This document shows, in pieces, positions 26,876 through 38,045 of a DNA stretch of 64,000 nt; the stretch's first letter is position 1; each line of letters starts with the position of its first letter. The position numbers and the translations under genes were made by a program. Source of the DNA: a virus (taxonomy: Duplodnaviria; Caudoviricetes); IMG/VR virus record IMGVR_UViG_3300012983_000031, positions 128,001-192,000 of that record, one strand, 5' to 3'. The notes below the pieces were generated by a model. That model had not been told where the DNA came from and made no database searches. It was given only the letters and a program-made list of their open reading frames with translations.

Positions 26876-27664
26876 ATGGTTACAAGCGTAAAGATAAATG
26901 ACAACACTAATTCAGCTGTCAGGTATATATGTGAGGTTCCAGCATTCTCGAACGGTAAGGAATGGGTTTTTAAGCCTGGAATCAATATAATCGTTGGAGA
27001 GAATGGTTCTGGAAAGACAACATTGCTTGAGATTATTCGTCGTTATCTTCTTGTGGATTTTGATGAATGCGGTTGTGGTATGTTTAATAATCGCATAAAC
27101 ATGATTTGCAAAGGAAAATCGAATAAAGGGTTTGATGGTGTTGATGTTTATGCTGATTACAAGAAGAATACGTTCAGGCTTTGTCATAAGGATGAGAAAT
27201 CTAATGATGACATCATGACGAACTTTAATAGTTTCGGAACATTTTTCACGCAGGCTACGTCGTCAACTGGTGAAAGTGTTTCAATTGCTTTGAGTTCACT
27301 TTTTGAGAAGATGTTTTCCCAAGATGCAAAGCTTACATTTGATTATGATCACATTGATAAAATATATGATTTCTATATTCAATATGTCAAGAAGCACCGT
27401 ATAAAGTTCAAGCAAGGTGATGATAATGACAGGTACACTATATTGATGGATGAACCAGACAGGAACTTAAGCATACAGAACATTGATTATCTAAATGGAA
27501 TGTTGTCATATGATCGTCCAGACACACAGGTTATAGCAACAATTCATAATCCGTTATTAATATACAGTCTTTCAAATGATGAGAACATAAATATCATTGA
27601 AATGTCAGAAGGGTATGTCGAAACGGTTAAACAATACATTGATAAAATAATAAACAAAAAATAA
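26876..27664 (+). CDS. ABC-type (AAA_21-like) ATPase
   Basis: GENGSGKTT, STGE signature, LMDEPD, H-loop. Confidence 0.8.
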   Translation: MVTSVKINDNTNSAVRYICEVPAFSNGKEWVFKPGINIIVGENGSGKTTLLEIIRRYLLVDFDECGCGMFNNRINMICKGKSNKGFDGVDVYADYKKNTFRLCHKDEKSNDDIMTNFNSFGTFFTQATSSTGESVSIALSSLFEKMFSQDAKLTFDYDHIDKIYDFYIQYVKKHRIKFKQGDDNDRYTILMDEPDRNLSIQNIDYLNGMLSYDRPDTQVIATIHNPLLIYSLSNDENINIIEMSEGYVETVKQYIDKIINKK

Positions 27665-27666
27665 TT

Positions 27667-28296
27667 ATGGAAAAATTTTTAGATAAACATTTTGGAAAAA
27701 ATCTTATCGACAAGGAAAAAATAGATAAGTTTCTTGATAAGGTATCGGATAAGGTAGCGGAAATAATCGCGAACTACATTATTGTGAATGTGTTTAACGG
27801 AGAAAATAAAAAAAGCAACATAGGTGTCGAACCATTTAAACCATATAATCCTCCGACAATAACAAATCCTCCGTTTGGACCAAACACGGTTGTGATGTAT
27901 GGTTGTATATCTGCACCTTACACATCAAACGTTGATGATATGAATAATCAGTTTACGGATACAACTTCATGTACTGTAAATACAAAACAAACCACATAGA
28001 AAATGAAAAAAGATCCATTTGATTATCAATCTTTTAAGAAAAGAAACATTAATAATCCAGATGAAAATGAGAAGCTGTGCAAAATATTTAATGAAAACTG
28101 TATAGCGTTGTCCGATTTGGAATTCGCAAGGTATAAGGAATTCTGTCAGAACCATTTACACAAAGAAGTATATAAAGGTGCAAGTGGAGGAACCATAAGC
28201 CTTAGATTGACGTTAACATCAATAGGAACAGGAAAATCCTGTCATTGTTCAGTGTGCGATCAGGTTGCGAACATCACGGATTACGATATTTGGTAA
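27667..28296 (+). CDS. two hypothetical proteins (27667-27999, 28003-28296)
   Basis: Packed ORFs. Confidence 0.55.
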
Positions 28297-28333
28297 TGAG
28301 ATAAATAAAGCGAAAAGGAACCTGCTTTTAAAA

Positions 28334-28588
28334 ATGAAGAAGATTCTTGCGCTTATTCTGATTGCTACATTCACATCCTGCATAGGATTGGTAGATTATG
28401 GATATGATTATCCTGTGATGCCTCCACCACCTCCAAGACCGATGGTGACCTATGTTACAAGAACATGCTATTCATGCAACGGATCTGGCAGAGTTAGGTT
28501 AGTTGACAGATATGGAAGGGTTATGTCAAGACGTTGCCATAGCTGCGGAGGAACTGGAAGAGTTACAATTAAAAGTTCGAGATATTGA
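28334..28588 (+). CDS. lipoprotein with DnaJ-type Zn finger
   Basis: MKKILALILIATFTSC lipobox, poly-Pro, and two CxxCxGxG motifs. Confidence 0.65.
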   Translation: MKKILALILIATFTSCIGLVDYGYDYPVMPPPPPRPMVTYVTRTCYSCNGSGRVRLVDRYGRVMSRRCHSCGGTGRVTIKSSRY

Positions 28589-28691
28589 TTTTTGTAGTCA
28601 TAATTTAGATTTTTTGTTTTTGGGTCGAACTTTTTTGTTCGATCCTTTTTTATTTAAAAGAAAAGTTGTATCTTTGCAACAAATTTAAAAT

Positions 28692-28901
28692 ATGTTTATA
28701 GTGATGGAAGATAATAAAAACACAAATGTCAGCTGTGGCGGATGCGGATGCGGATGTCTTTCGCTTATTGTCACATTTCTTTTAATTACATTTACAGTTA
28801 CATGTTTGGTTAATTCATGCAAGAGAGGCTCTCTGTGGGAAGGATGTGTGGAGACAGCACACGAGTATTATCAGACGGCGGATAGTGTTTGGAACAAATA
28901 A
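28692..28901 (+). CDS. small Cys/Gly-rich membrane protein
   Basis: CGGCGCGC followed by a TM helix. Confidence 0.55.
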   Translation: MFIVMEDNKNTNVSCGGCGCGCLSLIVTFLLITFTVTCLVNSCKRGSLWEGCVETAHEYYQTADSVWNK

Positions 28902-28922
28902 TTTAAAAATAAAAAAACAATT

Positions 28923-29357
28923 ATGTTAAACATCAACGATTTAATTATGAAGGCGATGAAGGAACGCCAGGAGCGTACTGTCATCGACACTTACCGTGCA
29001 ATTAAGGCAAAGATTCTTGAGTTTAAGACACAAAAGAACGCACCAGTATATGATGAGGCTGCTGAAGTTAAGCTGCTCCAGAAGATGTTAAAGGAACGCC
29101 AGGAGTCAGCTAATATCTACAAAAGCAACGGAAGAACAGATCTTGCTGACAATGAACTTCAGCAGGCGGATGTTATTTCACAATTGATTCCAGATCTGCC
29201 AAGCGAATTAGATGTTGAGGAATATATAGTTTCTCATTATCCTGATTTAATAGAGCAAAAGAAGATGGGTGCTGTTATTAAAGATGTTAAGTCAGTTTTC
29301 CCGTTGGCTGATGGATCTGTTATCGCTAATGTTGTTAAGAAATATATAAAGAAATGA
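28923..29357 (+). CDS. GatB/YqeY domain protein
   Basis: AMK...KMLKERQESANIY..GRTDLA.NE..KKMGAVIK. Confidence 0.85.
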   Translation: MLNINDLIMKAMKERQERTVIDTYRAIKAKILEFKTQKNAPVYDEAAEVKLLQKMLKERQESANIYKSNGRTDLADNELQQADVISQLIPDLPSELDVEEYIVSHYPDLIEQKKMGAVIKDVKSVFPLADGSVIANVVKKYIKK

Positions 29358-30136
29358 TTATGTCTCAAAAAACCATTGCAGACGTTTTGCGCAATTGTCC
29401 GTTGAACAAAAAATTGTATTCAACGGCATATGGTGATTTGCTTTTTAAGTACGTTAAGTTTGACGACATTGTAACATTTTCAAATGAACATAATAAAGAA
29501 ATAATATTCGATAGGAATGGTTATCTTTGTTATGGCGAGGTTGTCTTTAGTTGCACAGTAAAAGGAATGAAAGATGGTGGCGGATTTGTAAAAAAAAGCG
29601 ATTCGTGCCTGTTGTTCCCGTGCAGAGGTAATCATACATGGGAAAATTGGAGGTCTGTGTTATTCGATCAAGGAGACATTCTTTTTGATGATGTTAGAAC
29701 CAATGATGCTTATCAATTTGTTGCCTATGATGATATTGGTTGGATCGAGGTAGAAAATTCAAAAGCTCAAATATTAAATATGCCAATCAGTCATTTTCGG
29801 TTTGCATCGTTTGATGAATGTGAAAAATTTTATAATGATTTCACAACATCTGATGATGTAAAAAAAGATGAACCATCATGTGATTTTGACAAAACGAAAT
29901 ATTTCTGTAAGCAGGATGAAAGTGAACATGATCCTAAGTTCAAACCATACGATAAGGTTATCATTCGTAATAACGACAATGATAGCTGGAAAGCGACATT
30001 CTATTCACATGGTGTGATGAATCCAAATGGAACAATTGAACACTATACAACTGGCTGCACATATTGTGGTTACTGGCAATGCTTACCTTATAATGATCAA
30101 ACAAAACATCTTATCGGAACAGCAAACAAACCATAA
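29354..30136 (+). CDS. hypothetical phage protein
   Basis: LLFP..W..W and FKPYDKV..R..W...CLPYN motifs. Confidence 0.6.
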   Translation: MIMSQKTIADVLRNCPLNKKLYSTAYGDLLFKYVKFDDIVTFSNEHNKEIIFDRNGYLCYGEVVFSCTVKGMKDGGGFVKKSDSCLLFPCRGNHTWENWRSVLFDQGDILFDDVRTNDAYQFVAYDDIGWIEVENSKAQILNMPISHFRFASFDECEKFYNDFTTSDDVKKDEPSCDFDKTKYFCKQDESEHDPKFKPYDKVIIRNNDNDSWKATFYSHGVMNPNGTIEHYTTGCTYCGYWQCLPYNDQTKHLIGTANKP

Positions 30137-30142
30137 AACAAA

Positions 30143-30706
30143 ATGGTAAAGGATAGACTATATGTTTTTTGCTTTTCCCATGAGGACTTTAATGACTACA
30201 TGAGGATGTCAAACCTGTTCGAGTCACCTGATTCTGAAATGGCTGTTATATCCATATGCTCACAGAACGATGATGACCCGTTCCATTGGTTTCAGGAAAA
30301 CCCATACGGAAATGTACTGAACATAGATTTTGATGATATGGATCCATCAATATGGTGGAGATCAAACATGTATGATATTCTTATGGATAAGTATCTTGAT
30401 GGGAAAAATGTGGATGATGAATTTAAGTTTTATGTTGATGATTGCCAATCATGTGAATTACATGCGATGACATATAATCAGGCTGAAAAAATAACAAATT
30501 ACATACGAACTAATATAGATCTTGGAATAAGAAAATTTTTCATCCATTGCTCCGCTGGAGTCTCGCGATCCCAAGGTGTTGTCAGGTATATCATGGATAC
30601 ATATGGCAATGAGTTTCAGGTGATAACAAGAAAAGAAAATCCATGCATCACACCTAACATACACGTTGTCAGAATGCTTAAACGAGTTGATCGTTTCAAG
30701 AGATAA
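30143..30706 (+). CDS. protein-tyrosine/dual-specificity phosphatase-like protein
   Basis: HCSAGVSRS (CX5R) and PN motif. Confidence 0.8.
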   Translation: MVKDRLYVFCFSHEDFNDYMRMSNLFESPDSEMAVISICSQNDDDPFHWFQENPYGNVLNIDFDDMDPSIWWRSNMYDILMDKYLDGKNVDDEFKFYVDDCQSCELHAMTYNQAEKITNYIRTNIDLGIRKFFIHCSAGVSRSQGVVRYIMDTYGNEFQVITRKENPCITPNIHVVRMLKRVDRFKR

Positions 30707-30729
30707 ATAAAAAAAAAATGTAATACGCA

Positions 30730-31632
30730 ATGGTACATAAACTCAATGAGCAACGCAGAATACATAAGGCTGTTCAGATTGTAACAACTGTGGGAAACAA
30801 AACGGCTAAAGCTGGAGATATTACTGCGGAAACGATATATAATTCTACTAAGAATGAAGCGCATAATGAAGCAATTAATAAAATCGCAAATTATGTTGTG
30901 TATGAACTAAAGAGAAATAAAAGAAAAACTGAGGCAGAAAAGAAACCAGTGCTGAAGAATGGTGACTATTTTGCAGTGGATGGTGGCGCGGTAGGGATAT
31001 TCAAAGAATATAGTAACGACGGTTTTATATCTGCATACGCTATTGTTGACAATGAAGGAAGATTGTTCGCTTCACCAAACGGAACGCATACCGTTGAAGT
31101 TCGTAACGATAGCACACGATTTGCTTATAAGCATGAAATATCAATGATAAACAGCGAACTCCAGGAACATGGATATACATGGAAAGCTGACACAAAAGAA
31201 TTAATATATGGAAGATGGACACCTAAGATGGGTGAACTCTATTATTATCTTCTCATAAAAGGAGCGTGCGAGTTCTTTGTTGCAGATGGTGAATGGAAGG
31301 ATTCCGCAGCAGATAAGAACAGGAACGAGAACGGTAACTGCTTCATGACAAGACAGGATGCTGCTGCATGGATGAAGAAACTTAATGATGCAACAAAAGA
31401 AGTTCGTGAGGAAATGATGAACAAGGCGAACCCTTGGATTGGATATGTGCCGAAGGATGAGATCAAAGATGAGATTAAAGATGAGCCGATTGTTCCAAAG
31501 GATGAGTCAAAGGATGAGCCGATACAGGAACAGATTGAAGAAGAAACTCCAAAAACAACAGAAACAGATAATGTCGAAAAGAAAAGTAAAGTTGGCATAC
31601 TTATCAATGCCTATCACAGGTTATTCGGTTGA
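30730..31632 (+). CDS. hypothetical protein
   Basis: 300-aa ORF with PKDE/KDE repeats at the C-terminus. Confidence 0.6.
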   Translation: MVHKLNEQRRIHKAVQIVTTVGNKTAKAGDITAETIYNSTKNEAHNEAINKIANYVVYELKRNKRKTEAEKKPVLKNGDYFAVDGGAVGIFKEYSNDGFISAYAIVDNEGRLFASPNGTHTVEVRNDSTRFAYKHEISMINSELQEHGYTWKADTKELIYGRWTPKMGELYYYLLIKGACEFFVADGEWKDSAADKNRNENGNCFMTRQDAAAWMKKLNDATKEVREEMMNKANPWIGYVPKDEIKDEIKDEPIVPKDESKDEPIQEQIEEETPKTTETDNVEKKSKVGILINAYHRLFG

Positions 31633-31885
31633 TGAAAGAATTAAACGGGCTGATATGCTGAAGGTCGCTCTGGCACATGAATACGACTGTGGCGTTATCA
31701 GCCCTTTTGATGCAGCACCGTATGATCCGAACAAGCCTTATGGACAATGCATGAAAGAATGTATTTCCAAATTGATTGATTGCGATATGGTTATATTTGA
31801 TAGCGGATGGTATAACTCCAACGGTTGCAGGATAGAAGCAGAGGTAGCAAGAGGATGTGAAAAGGAAATGATATTCTTGCACTGA
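31571..31885 (+). CDS. DUF4406 / nucleoside deoxyribosyltransferase-like protein
   Basis: YLSMPITG...CD....GWYNSNGCRIE. Confidence 0.75.
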   Translation: MSKRKVKLAYLSMPITGYSVDERIKRADMLKVALAHEYDCGVISPFDAAPYDPNKPYGQCMKECISKLIDCDMVIFDSGWYNSNGCRIEAEVARGCEKEMIFLH

Positions 31886-32730
31886 TGAATGATTATCATT
31901 ATAATATTGATGTCATGAAATATGTTGACAAGATGAAGCATTTCTGCCAGGTAAACGGAGTAAAGCTTAATCTTGTAAATCCTATAACGATACAGGATAA
32001 GCTTGCATGGCTAAACATTTATGATGAAAATCCGCTTAAGGTAAAATGTGCAGATAAAATTCATCTTCGTGATTATTCTTTAGATGTTCTCGGAGAAGAT
32101 TTGTGCATTCCAATAATCAAAGTTTATGATAATGTGAATGATATAGATTGGAATGAATTACCGAACCAATTCGTTATCAAATGTAATCACGGTTCTGGTA
32201 TGAACATTATTGTAAAGGATAAAAGCAAGTTGGATGTTAACAAAGCTGTTCGTCAACTAAATGTATGGATGAAAGATGATTTTTCTATGCGTAACGGATT
32301 TGAAGCTCATTATCATGATATACCACATAAAATTTTTGTAGAGGAATATAAAGAATGTAACGGAACAATTCCATACGATTATAAGTTCCTGTGTTTCAAT
32401 GGAGAACCAGTGTATGTTCAGTTGTTTGCTGAACGGTTTGGAAAAGATAGGCACATGAATTATTATGATATGGATTTCAATTATGTCAATCTCTGCAGAA
32501 GAGATTTCAAAAACAATCTGAAAGCGAACCACAAAAAGCCGATAAGATTTAATGACATGATCGAAATGGCAAGGAAACTGGCAAAGCCGTTCAAGTTCGT
32601 TCGCGTGGATCTTTATTGCATAGATGACAAGATATATCTTGGCGAACTGACATTTACCCCAGGGGCGTGCGTGTTCAAATACAAAAACGATATGGATAAC
32701 AAAAGGGTTGGAGATCTTCTTAATATATAA
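31885..32730 (+). CDS. TupA-like ATP-grasp amidoligase
   Basis: ADK, LPNQFVIKCNHGSG, DYKFLCFNG, FVRVDLY, GELTFTPG. Confidence 0.88.
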   Translation: MNDYHYNIDVMKYVDKMKHFCQVNGVKLNLVNPITIQDKLAWLNIYDENPLKVKCADKIHLRDYSLDVLGEDLCIPIIKVYDNVNDIDWNELPNQFVIKCNHGSGMNIIVKDKSKLDVNKAVRQLNVWMKDDFSMRNGFEAHYHDIPHKIFVEEYKECNGTIPYDYKFLCFNGEPVYVQLFAERFGKDRHMNYYDMDFNYVNLCRRDFKNNLKANHKKPIRFNDMIEMARKLAKPFKFVRVDLYCIDDKIYLGELTFTPGACVFKYKNDMDNKRVGDLLNI

Positions 32731-32748
32731 AACAAAAACAGAAAAGAA

Positions 32749-34740
32749 ATGAACATTTATCTTACTGCGATAGCAAAAAACGAATACAAATACATTTATG
32801 AATTTGTATCTCATCACATCAATATAGGGTTTGACAAAATCATAATATATGATAACAACGATCCGAATGGAGAGTCATATAATGATCTTCTTAAAGAATA
32901 TTTAGATAACGGAAAGGTTGAGATAATTGATGTTCGTGGTAAAAAGTGTCAGCAGCTTATTGTATATCATGATGAATATATTCGTAATGCTAATGTTGAC
33001 GGATGGATGTTCTTTCTTGATATTGATGAATTTATCATCATGCAGTCATGTGCTGACATTCATGAGTTCATGTCAAAGGAAATATTTAATGGATATAACC
33101 AGATTCTTTTCAACTGGATGACAATGAGTGATGATAATAAAGTATATTATGAGCCGCTTCCTCTCCGTAAACGATTCAAGAGACCAGTGATGACAATGGA
33201 GGGATCATTACTGTGCGACATGAATCGCCATGTAAAGTGTGCAGTTCGTTTGAATTGCGTTAAGAATATAATATTCTACACACCTCATAATGCTTTTAAT
33301 GTTCTTCCAGTGTGTGACCCGTTGGGAAAGGAACTCCAGAACGGACCATTTAACTACAATCCAGATTATTCAGAAATTTTTATCAAACATTACCATTATA
33401 AAACCATAGAGGAGTTTGTCACAAACAAGATGACAAAGGGATTCTCCGACGGTTCTTTCAACGAGTCAAATAAGTTTCAGGATTTTTTTGATAAAAATGA
33501 TCTTACAGTTGAAAAGGCGAAATGGATGATTGATTACATATTCAAATTGCAAAATGGTTTGATACCGACAAATGTGTCAAACAATAAGGTTTCATTATCT
33601 AATAGTAGCAAGATGAAACTTTTCATCAGACTATATTATAAATTCGAGGCTATATACACCTGTGCCGATTATATAGGCAGAGAGGATGACGCGCTCATCA
33701 AAAATCAATTTAACATTATTGTCAACAATGTTCTTGATGAGATAATGCCTATCATAAGATCGTTTTCAAATTTATTTGATAAGATTGAACCAGAACTTGT
33801 TTACTTAAAAAATAATGTTATACCATATATCAATTCAAAATCAGATAACATTTCAACCGTTAAAAATGATATATTGTCATGGAGCTATAAATGGCGTTCG
33901 CTTATAAAGCTTGCTGAAAATCTTTATGGGGCAGAAAATGTTCCAGATGAAGACATAAAAAACCATGACAACATGTTGACGAGATTCAAGGTTGATTTAT
34001 ACACCGTTTGCTGGAACGAAATAGATCTTCTTCCGTTTACCATTGATTATTGGAAACGATTTGTTAACCATGCGTATGTATTTGACAACGGATCGAATGA
34101 TGGAACCATAGAGTATCTGAAACAATTCAAATGGATAACTGTTATACCATTTGAAACAGATGGAATAAATGATGAGGTTATGCTGTCTATAAAGAATGAA
34201 ATGTGGAAACATTCAAAAGGTTCTGCAGATTATGTTGTTGTGTGTGACATAGATGAATGCCTATATGCAAAGGATCTTGAAGCGGAACTTGTTTACATGA
34301 ATCATGCAAAACAATCTGTATGTCATCCAAGATGGTATAATATGATTGGTACAGAATTGTATGAACACCAAGAAGGTAAGTACCTTCATGAGATTATGAG
34401 AAACTCGTATGAAGGGAACATTTATGATAAAGCACTTCTGTTCAACCCAAATTACATTACTGATATAAATTATGAACCTGGATGTCATGTTTGCAAACCT
34501 TCTCCACAAGATTATGATGTGTATAATGGAAATAGAATATTCTGTTTTCACTATTCACGGGCGTTCGGTGTAGATTATGCCATAAGAAAAACTCATATAA
34601 ACGGTAAACGCCTGTCCGAAACAAACAGGATAAAAGGATACGGAATACACTATACGTATTCTGATGAAAGAGTCAGAGAAGCGTATGAGAGAAATTTACA
34701 GAAATCATTTGATGTAAATCCAATCATTGATGAAGAATAA
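32749..34740 (+). CDS. two-domain GT-A glycosyltransferase (GT2/GT92-like)
   Basis: Two modules: KNE..YDNN..DIDEF and WNE..FDNGSND..DIDE. Confidence 0.8.
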   Translation: MNIYLTAIAKNEYKYIYEFVSHHINIGFDKIIIYDNNDPNGESYNDLLKEYLDNGKVEIIDVRGKKCQQLIVYHDEYIRNANVDGWMFFLDIDEFIIMQSCADIHEFMSKEIFNGYNQILFNWMTMSDDNKVYYEPLPLRKRFKRPVMTMEGSLLCDMNRHVKCAVRLNCVKNIIFYTPHNAFNVLPVCDPLGKELQNGPFNYNPDYSEIFIKHYHYKTIEEFVTNKMTKGFSDGSFNESNKFQDFFDKNDLTVEKAKWMIDYIFKLQNGLIPTNVSNNKVSLSNSSKMKLFIRLYYKFEAIYTCADYIGREDDALIKNQFNIIVNNVLDEIMPIIRSFSNLFDKIEPELVYLKNNVIPYINSKSDNISTVKNDILSWSYKWRSLIKLAENLYGAENVPDEDIKNHDNMLTRFKVDLYTVCWNEIDLLPFTIDYWKRFVNHAYVFDNGSNDGTIEYLKQFKWITVIPFETDGINDEVMLSIKNEMWKHSKGSADYVVVCDIDECLYAKDLEAELVYMNHAKQSVCHPRWYNMIGTELYEHQEGKYLHEIMRNSYEGNIYDKALLFNPNYITDINYEPGCHVCKPSPQDYDVYNGNRIFCFHYSRAFGVDYAIRKTHINGKRLSETNRIKGYGIHYTYSDERVREAYERNLQKSFDVNPIIDEE

Positions 34741-34742
34741 CA

Positions 34743-35501
34743 ATGGCAAAGATAGTTATATATACTTGCATCATTGGAAAATATGATACACCATGCGATG
34801 ACTTTGAAAAGCGTGAAGGATATGATTATAAATTGTATTCAGATATTGCAATAAATACGAACTCCTGGAATAGCTATATAATCAAGTTGGCGAACTTAGA
34901 TGAGCTTGGCGAGACGAAATGCCAGCGGTACATAAAGACGCATCCGTTCGAGTTTCTTAACGATTATGATGTTGTTGTGTATATTGACGCGAACACAAGG
35001 ATTGACGATAAGCTTTACAGATACATAGAGGCGAACATGGAAAATCCGATAACGTTTAAGGTTCACCCTAAAAGGAAATGTATATATGAGGAACTTAAAG
35101 AGTGCTGCATACGGATGAAAGAGGATCAAAAAATGTGCAATTTTCTTTATAGCAGGTATGAGAATGAGCGTTACCCAGCAAAAAATGGTTTGTTCGAGAA
35201 TAATATAATCATATCACATCCAAAAGATCCTAACGTTCAGGAAATATTCAGGCGTTGGTGGGATGAGATAAACATGTATTCAAAAAGGGATCAGCTTTCT
35301 TTGAATTATGTTTTGTGGAAATATGATTTAAAAAAATATGTGCATGCTGCTGCGACAAAGGATTTCCCTCCACGGAAGCATCACCCGTTGGGTTCGTTAG
35401 TGATCGAGGACAAAGAATCAGATAAAAAACCAAAACAAAAATCAGAAAAAAAAGTGGCAGAATTTTTCGGAAAAAAAATTGAAATATTCTATAAAAAATA
35501 A
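34743..35501 (+). CDS. DUF616-like glycosyltransferase
   Basis: IYTCIIGKYD, YIDAN, HPKRKCIYEE, RDQLSLNY. Confidence 0.78.
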   Translation: MAKIVIYTCIIGKYDTPCDDFEKREGYDYKLYSDIAINTNSWNSYIIKLANLDELGETKCQRYIKTHPFEFLNDYDVVVYIDANTRIDDKLYRYIEANMENPITFKVHPKRKCIYEELKECCIRMKEDQKMCNFLYSRYENERYPAKNGLFENNIIISHPKDPNVQEIFRRWWDEINMYSKRDQLSLNYVLWKYDLKKYVHAAATKDFPPRKHHPLGSLVIEDKESDKKPKQKSEKKVAEFFGKKIEIFYKK

Positions 35502-35704
35502 TTGAAAATTTTTTTTGAAATATTTTATAAAAAATAATTGGGAAAATTTTTTGAAAATTTTTTTGAAAAAAAATGAAAAATTTTTTAAAAATATTTTTTT
35601 ATATAAAATAAAAGTTGTAACTTTGCAACAGAATTTAATAACATACAAGTAATGTTGCTTGCATTTTCGAAATACAAGTATATACGCTTTCAAAAAACAT
35701 TTAT

Positions 35705-35965
35705 ATGAATAATATTTTATCGAAAGAACAGATAGATGTTTTTATAAAAACATATTGCGCTACACTTACAGGATTGTTTGCTGCAGATAAAAATAACACC
35801 CTGTCGGTGCATGACGCGATTGATTGGGCGGCAAAAACAGCCATGTTCACTGTTGAACGCCTTACGGATCAAATTGGTCTTCTGTCAGCGCGTCAAATGA
35901 TAGAGAACCTTAAGAATGTTGAACGTTCTAACAATCCAGATTATCCTAATGTGACAACAAGATAA
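35705..35965 (+). CDS. hypothetical protein
   Basis: Own promoter and terminator; likely paralog of 21351-21524. Confidence 0.6.
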   Translation: MNNILSKEQIDVFIKTYCATLTGLFAADKNNTLSVHDAIDWAAKTAMFTVERLTDQIGLLSARQMIENLKNVERSNNPDYPNVTTR

Positions 35966-36649
35966 AAGTACTCCATAATTATATTTCAAATTGCTTCCGT
36001 GACATATCGGCGATATATTTAGACGACAGTTATAATTCTCCATATTCAACACAGCTGAATACATGTCACGGGTTTAGGGTCATCCTTCAAAAAAAGGTGA
36101 CCCTTTTTTATTTGTGAATGATTCACAAAAAAGGATCGCCAGAGTGTAGCGATCCAATGTTCGTTAGATTAAGTTTCCACATGGTTTCCAATCTGCGATG
36201 AAAGTTTTAGAAATGGATTCTAACAATGGTGGAATCGGTTTCTGGAGTTCGCTGTTAACATTTGTTAACTTTTGAACCTCGGTTGTTTGTTTAACATCTG
36301 TTAACATTTCAGTGTTATCACCTATTAAAATATGTTTATAAATGTTAATTTGTTGCATTGTATTTGGTAGTTAAATCTGTTGCAAAGTTACATCGAATAT
36401 TTTATATAGAAAAGAAATTGTATGATGAATGTTCAATTTCACATTTGTTAACAAACGTGTTTGCGTTCAGTAATGTCAATGACATTACTTATTTTCGATA
36501 ATGTCAATGACATTACCGAACTCCAGCGAACACCACACATCTCTCATCGTATGGGTGCCACGCATTTTGTAATGTCATTGTCATTACCAAAGTTGGATAA
36601 ATAGAGAGATATACAAATGTGTATATTATATAATGAGTAGAAAATAAAG

Positions 36650-37045
36650 ATGGAAACAGAGATAAGTAAATATTGGAGAACTGAGTTAGGTCGTGAGTTC
36701 AGGGCAAAGATACTTAATAAGATAGGAATGTATGCGGAGAATCTTGGAGTTCTTGACGTTCTCGATGGTAGGAAATATCATGCAAGTTTTAACTTAAGTT
36801 CAGTAATAGCAACAATAATTCCGTTGAGTATGTCATGCAACATGTCTTCACGAAAGGTTTCGTTTGTCGCTTATATAAATGTTGACGGGCATGTGAATAA
36901 GTCTGGAGAATGGATTAGGGATAATATTGAACTTTTTGATACACAGTTAAATAAAATCAATACAGATATTGTTTGTGTTAACAGCCTTTTGATATTACTC
37001 GACTGTTTGCATACCGCTGTGCAGACAAATAAAATAATAAAATGA
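36650..37045 (+). CDS. hypothetical protein
   Basis: ORF after ATAAATA. Confidence 0.55.
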   Translation: METEISKYWRTELGREFRAKILNKIGMYAENLGVLDVLDGRKYHASFNLSSVIATIIPLSMSCNMSSRKVSFVAYINVDGHVNKSGEWIRDNIELFDTQLNKINTDIVCVNSLLILLDCLHTAVQTNKIIK

Positions 37046-37138
37046 TGGCAGTTAACAACATTTAACACAAAATATTTTGTAGTTACATATATTATGCTTA
37101 CCTTTGCAGATGAATTAAAAACAAAAGCAATTTGAATT

Positions 37139-37999
37139 ATGATTATCAACAAATCTTCGGATAGTGTTTACGTCAGGGGAAGACAGGAGGTTCTTTTCAG
37201 ATACCTCAACATGTTCAGAAAGTATAAGCCCCTAACTTTTGAAAAGGAGAATGAGTACATCACCAGATACAAGGTTGATGGCGATTTGAATGCAAGGGAC
37301 ATGCTGATTAAGTGCAACCAGCGTTTCCTTTATTCTGCTGCGAAAAGGTTTTCAAGCGATGCGGAAACCATTCTCGACCTCATTGATGAGGGAAACCTTG
37401 GTCTTATAGAAGCCATTGAAAAATTCGATTTCACCTTTGGCGTTCGTCTTCTTTCCTACGCACAGGCGTACATATCAAGAAATATGGTGAACTACTTCTG
37501 TAACGACAGGATGATAACTCGACCGATGGATACAAAAATCGGTAGCCGTGTTGCTAACGAACGTAATATCTTTTACAGCATCTATCAGCGTGAGCCAACT
37601 TATGATGAACTTCGTGACATCCTTTACAAGAAATATGGCATTGACGTAAAGTCAGATGATGACCTTTCACAAAACAGAGTTGTTCGCATTGATGATCCAG
37701 TTTTTGACGGTGAAAATTCATACACGGTTGAGAACACAGATGAATATCTTAACGCAACGAACTGCTACAACGATTACGACAAGACGATAGAGCAGGACAA
37801 CACAAAGGCTATTGTTCTGGCGGCGTTGAACAAGATTAACCCGAAAGAGGCTGAAATCGTGAAGATGCGATACGGTATCGGTTATGATCACGAATACATG
37901 CCTTGGGAGATTGCAAGCGTGTACAATGTCACTGAAACCAGAATACACCAGATTGTGGCGAAGGCAACAAAGTCGCTCGAATATGTTATGACAGCATAA
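37139..37999 (+). CDS. sigma-70 family RNA polymerase sigma factor
   Basis: Region 2 NQRFL..AK..DLIDEGNLGLIEAIEKFD..GVRLLSYA; region 3 REPT; region 4 HTH EIA..TETRIHQI. Confidence 0.88.
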   Translation: MIINKSSDSVYVRGRQEVLFRYLNMFRKYKPLTFEKENEYITRYKVDGDLNARDMLIKCNQRFLYSAAKRFSSDAETILDLIDEGNLGLIEAIEKFDFTFGVRLLSYAQAYISRNMVNYFCNDRMITRPMDTKIGSRVANERNIFYSIYQREPTYDELRDILYKKYGIDVKSDDDLSQNRVVRIDDPVFDGENSYTVENTDEYLNATNCYNDYDKTIEQDNTKAIVLAALNKINPKEAEIVKMRYGIGYDHEYMPWEIASVYNVTETRIHQIVAKATKSLEYVMTA

Positions 38000-38045
38000 T
38001 GATACAATAACATAATGTTTAATAAAAAAAATACAGAAACGATTA

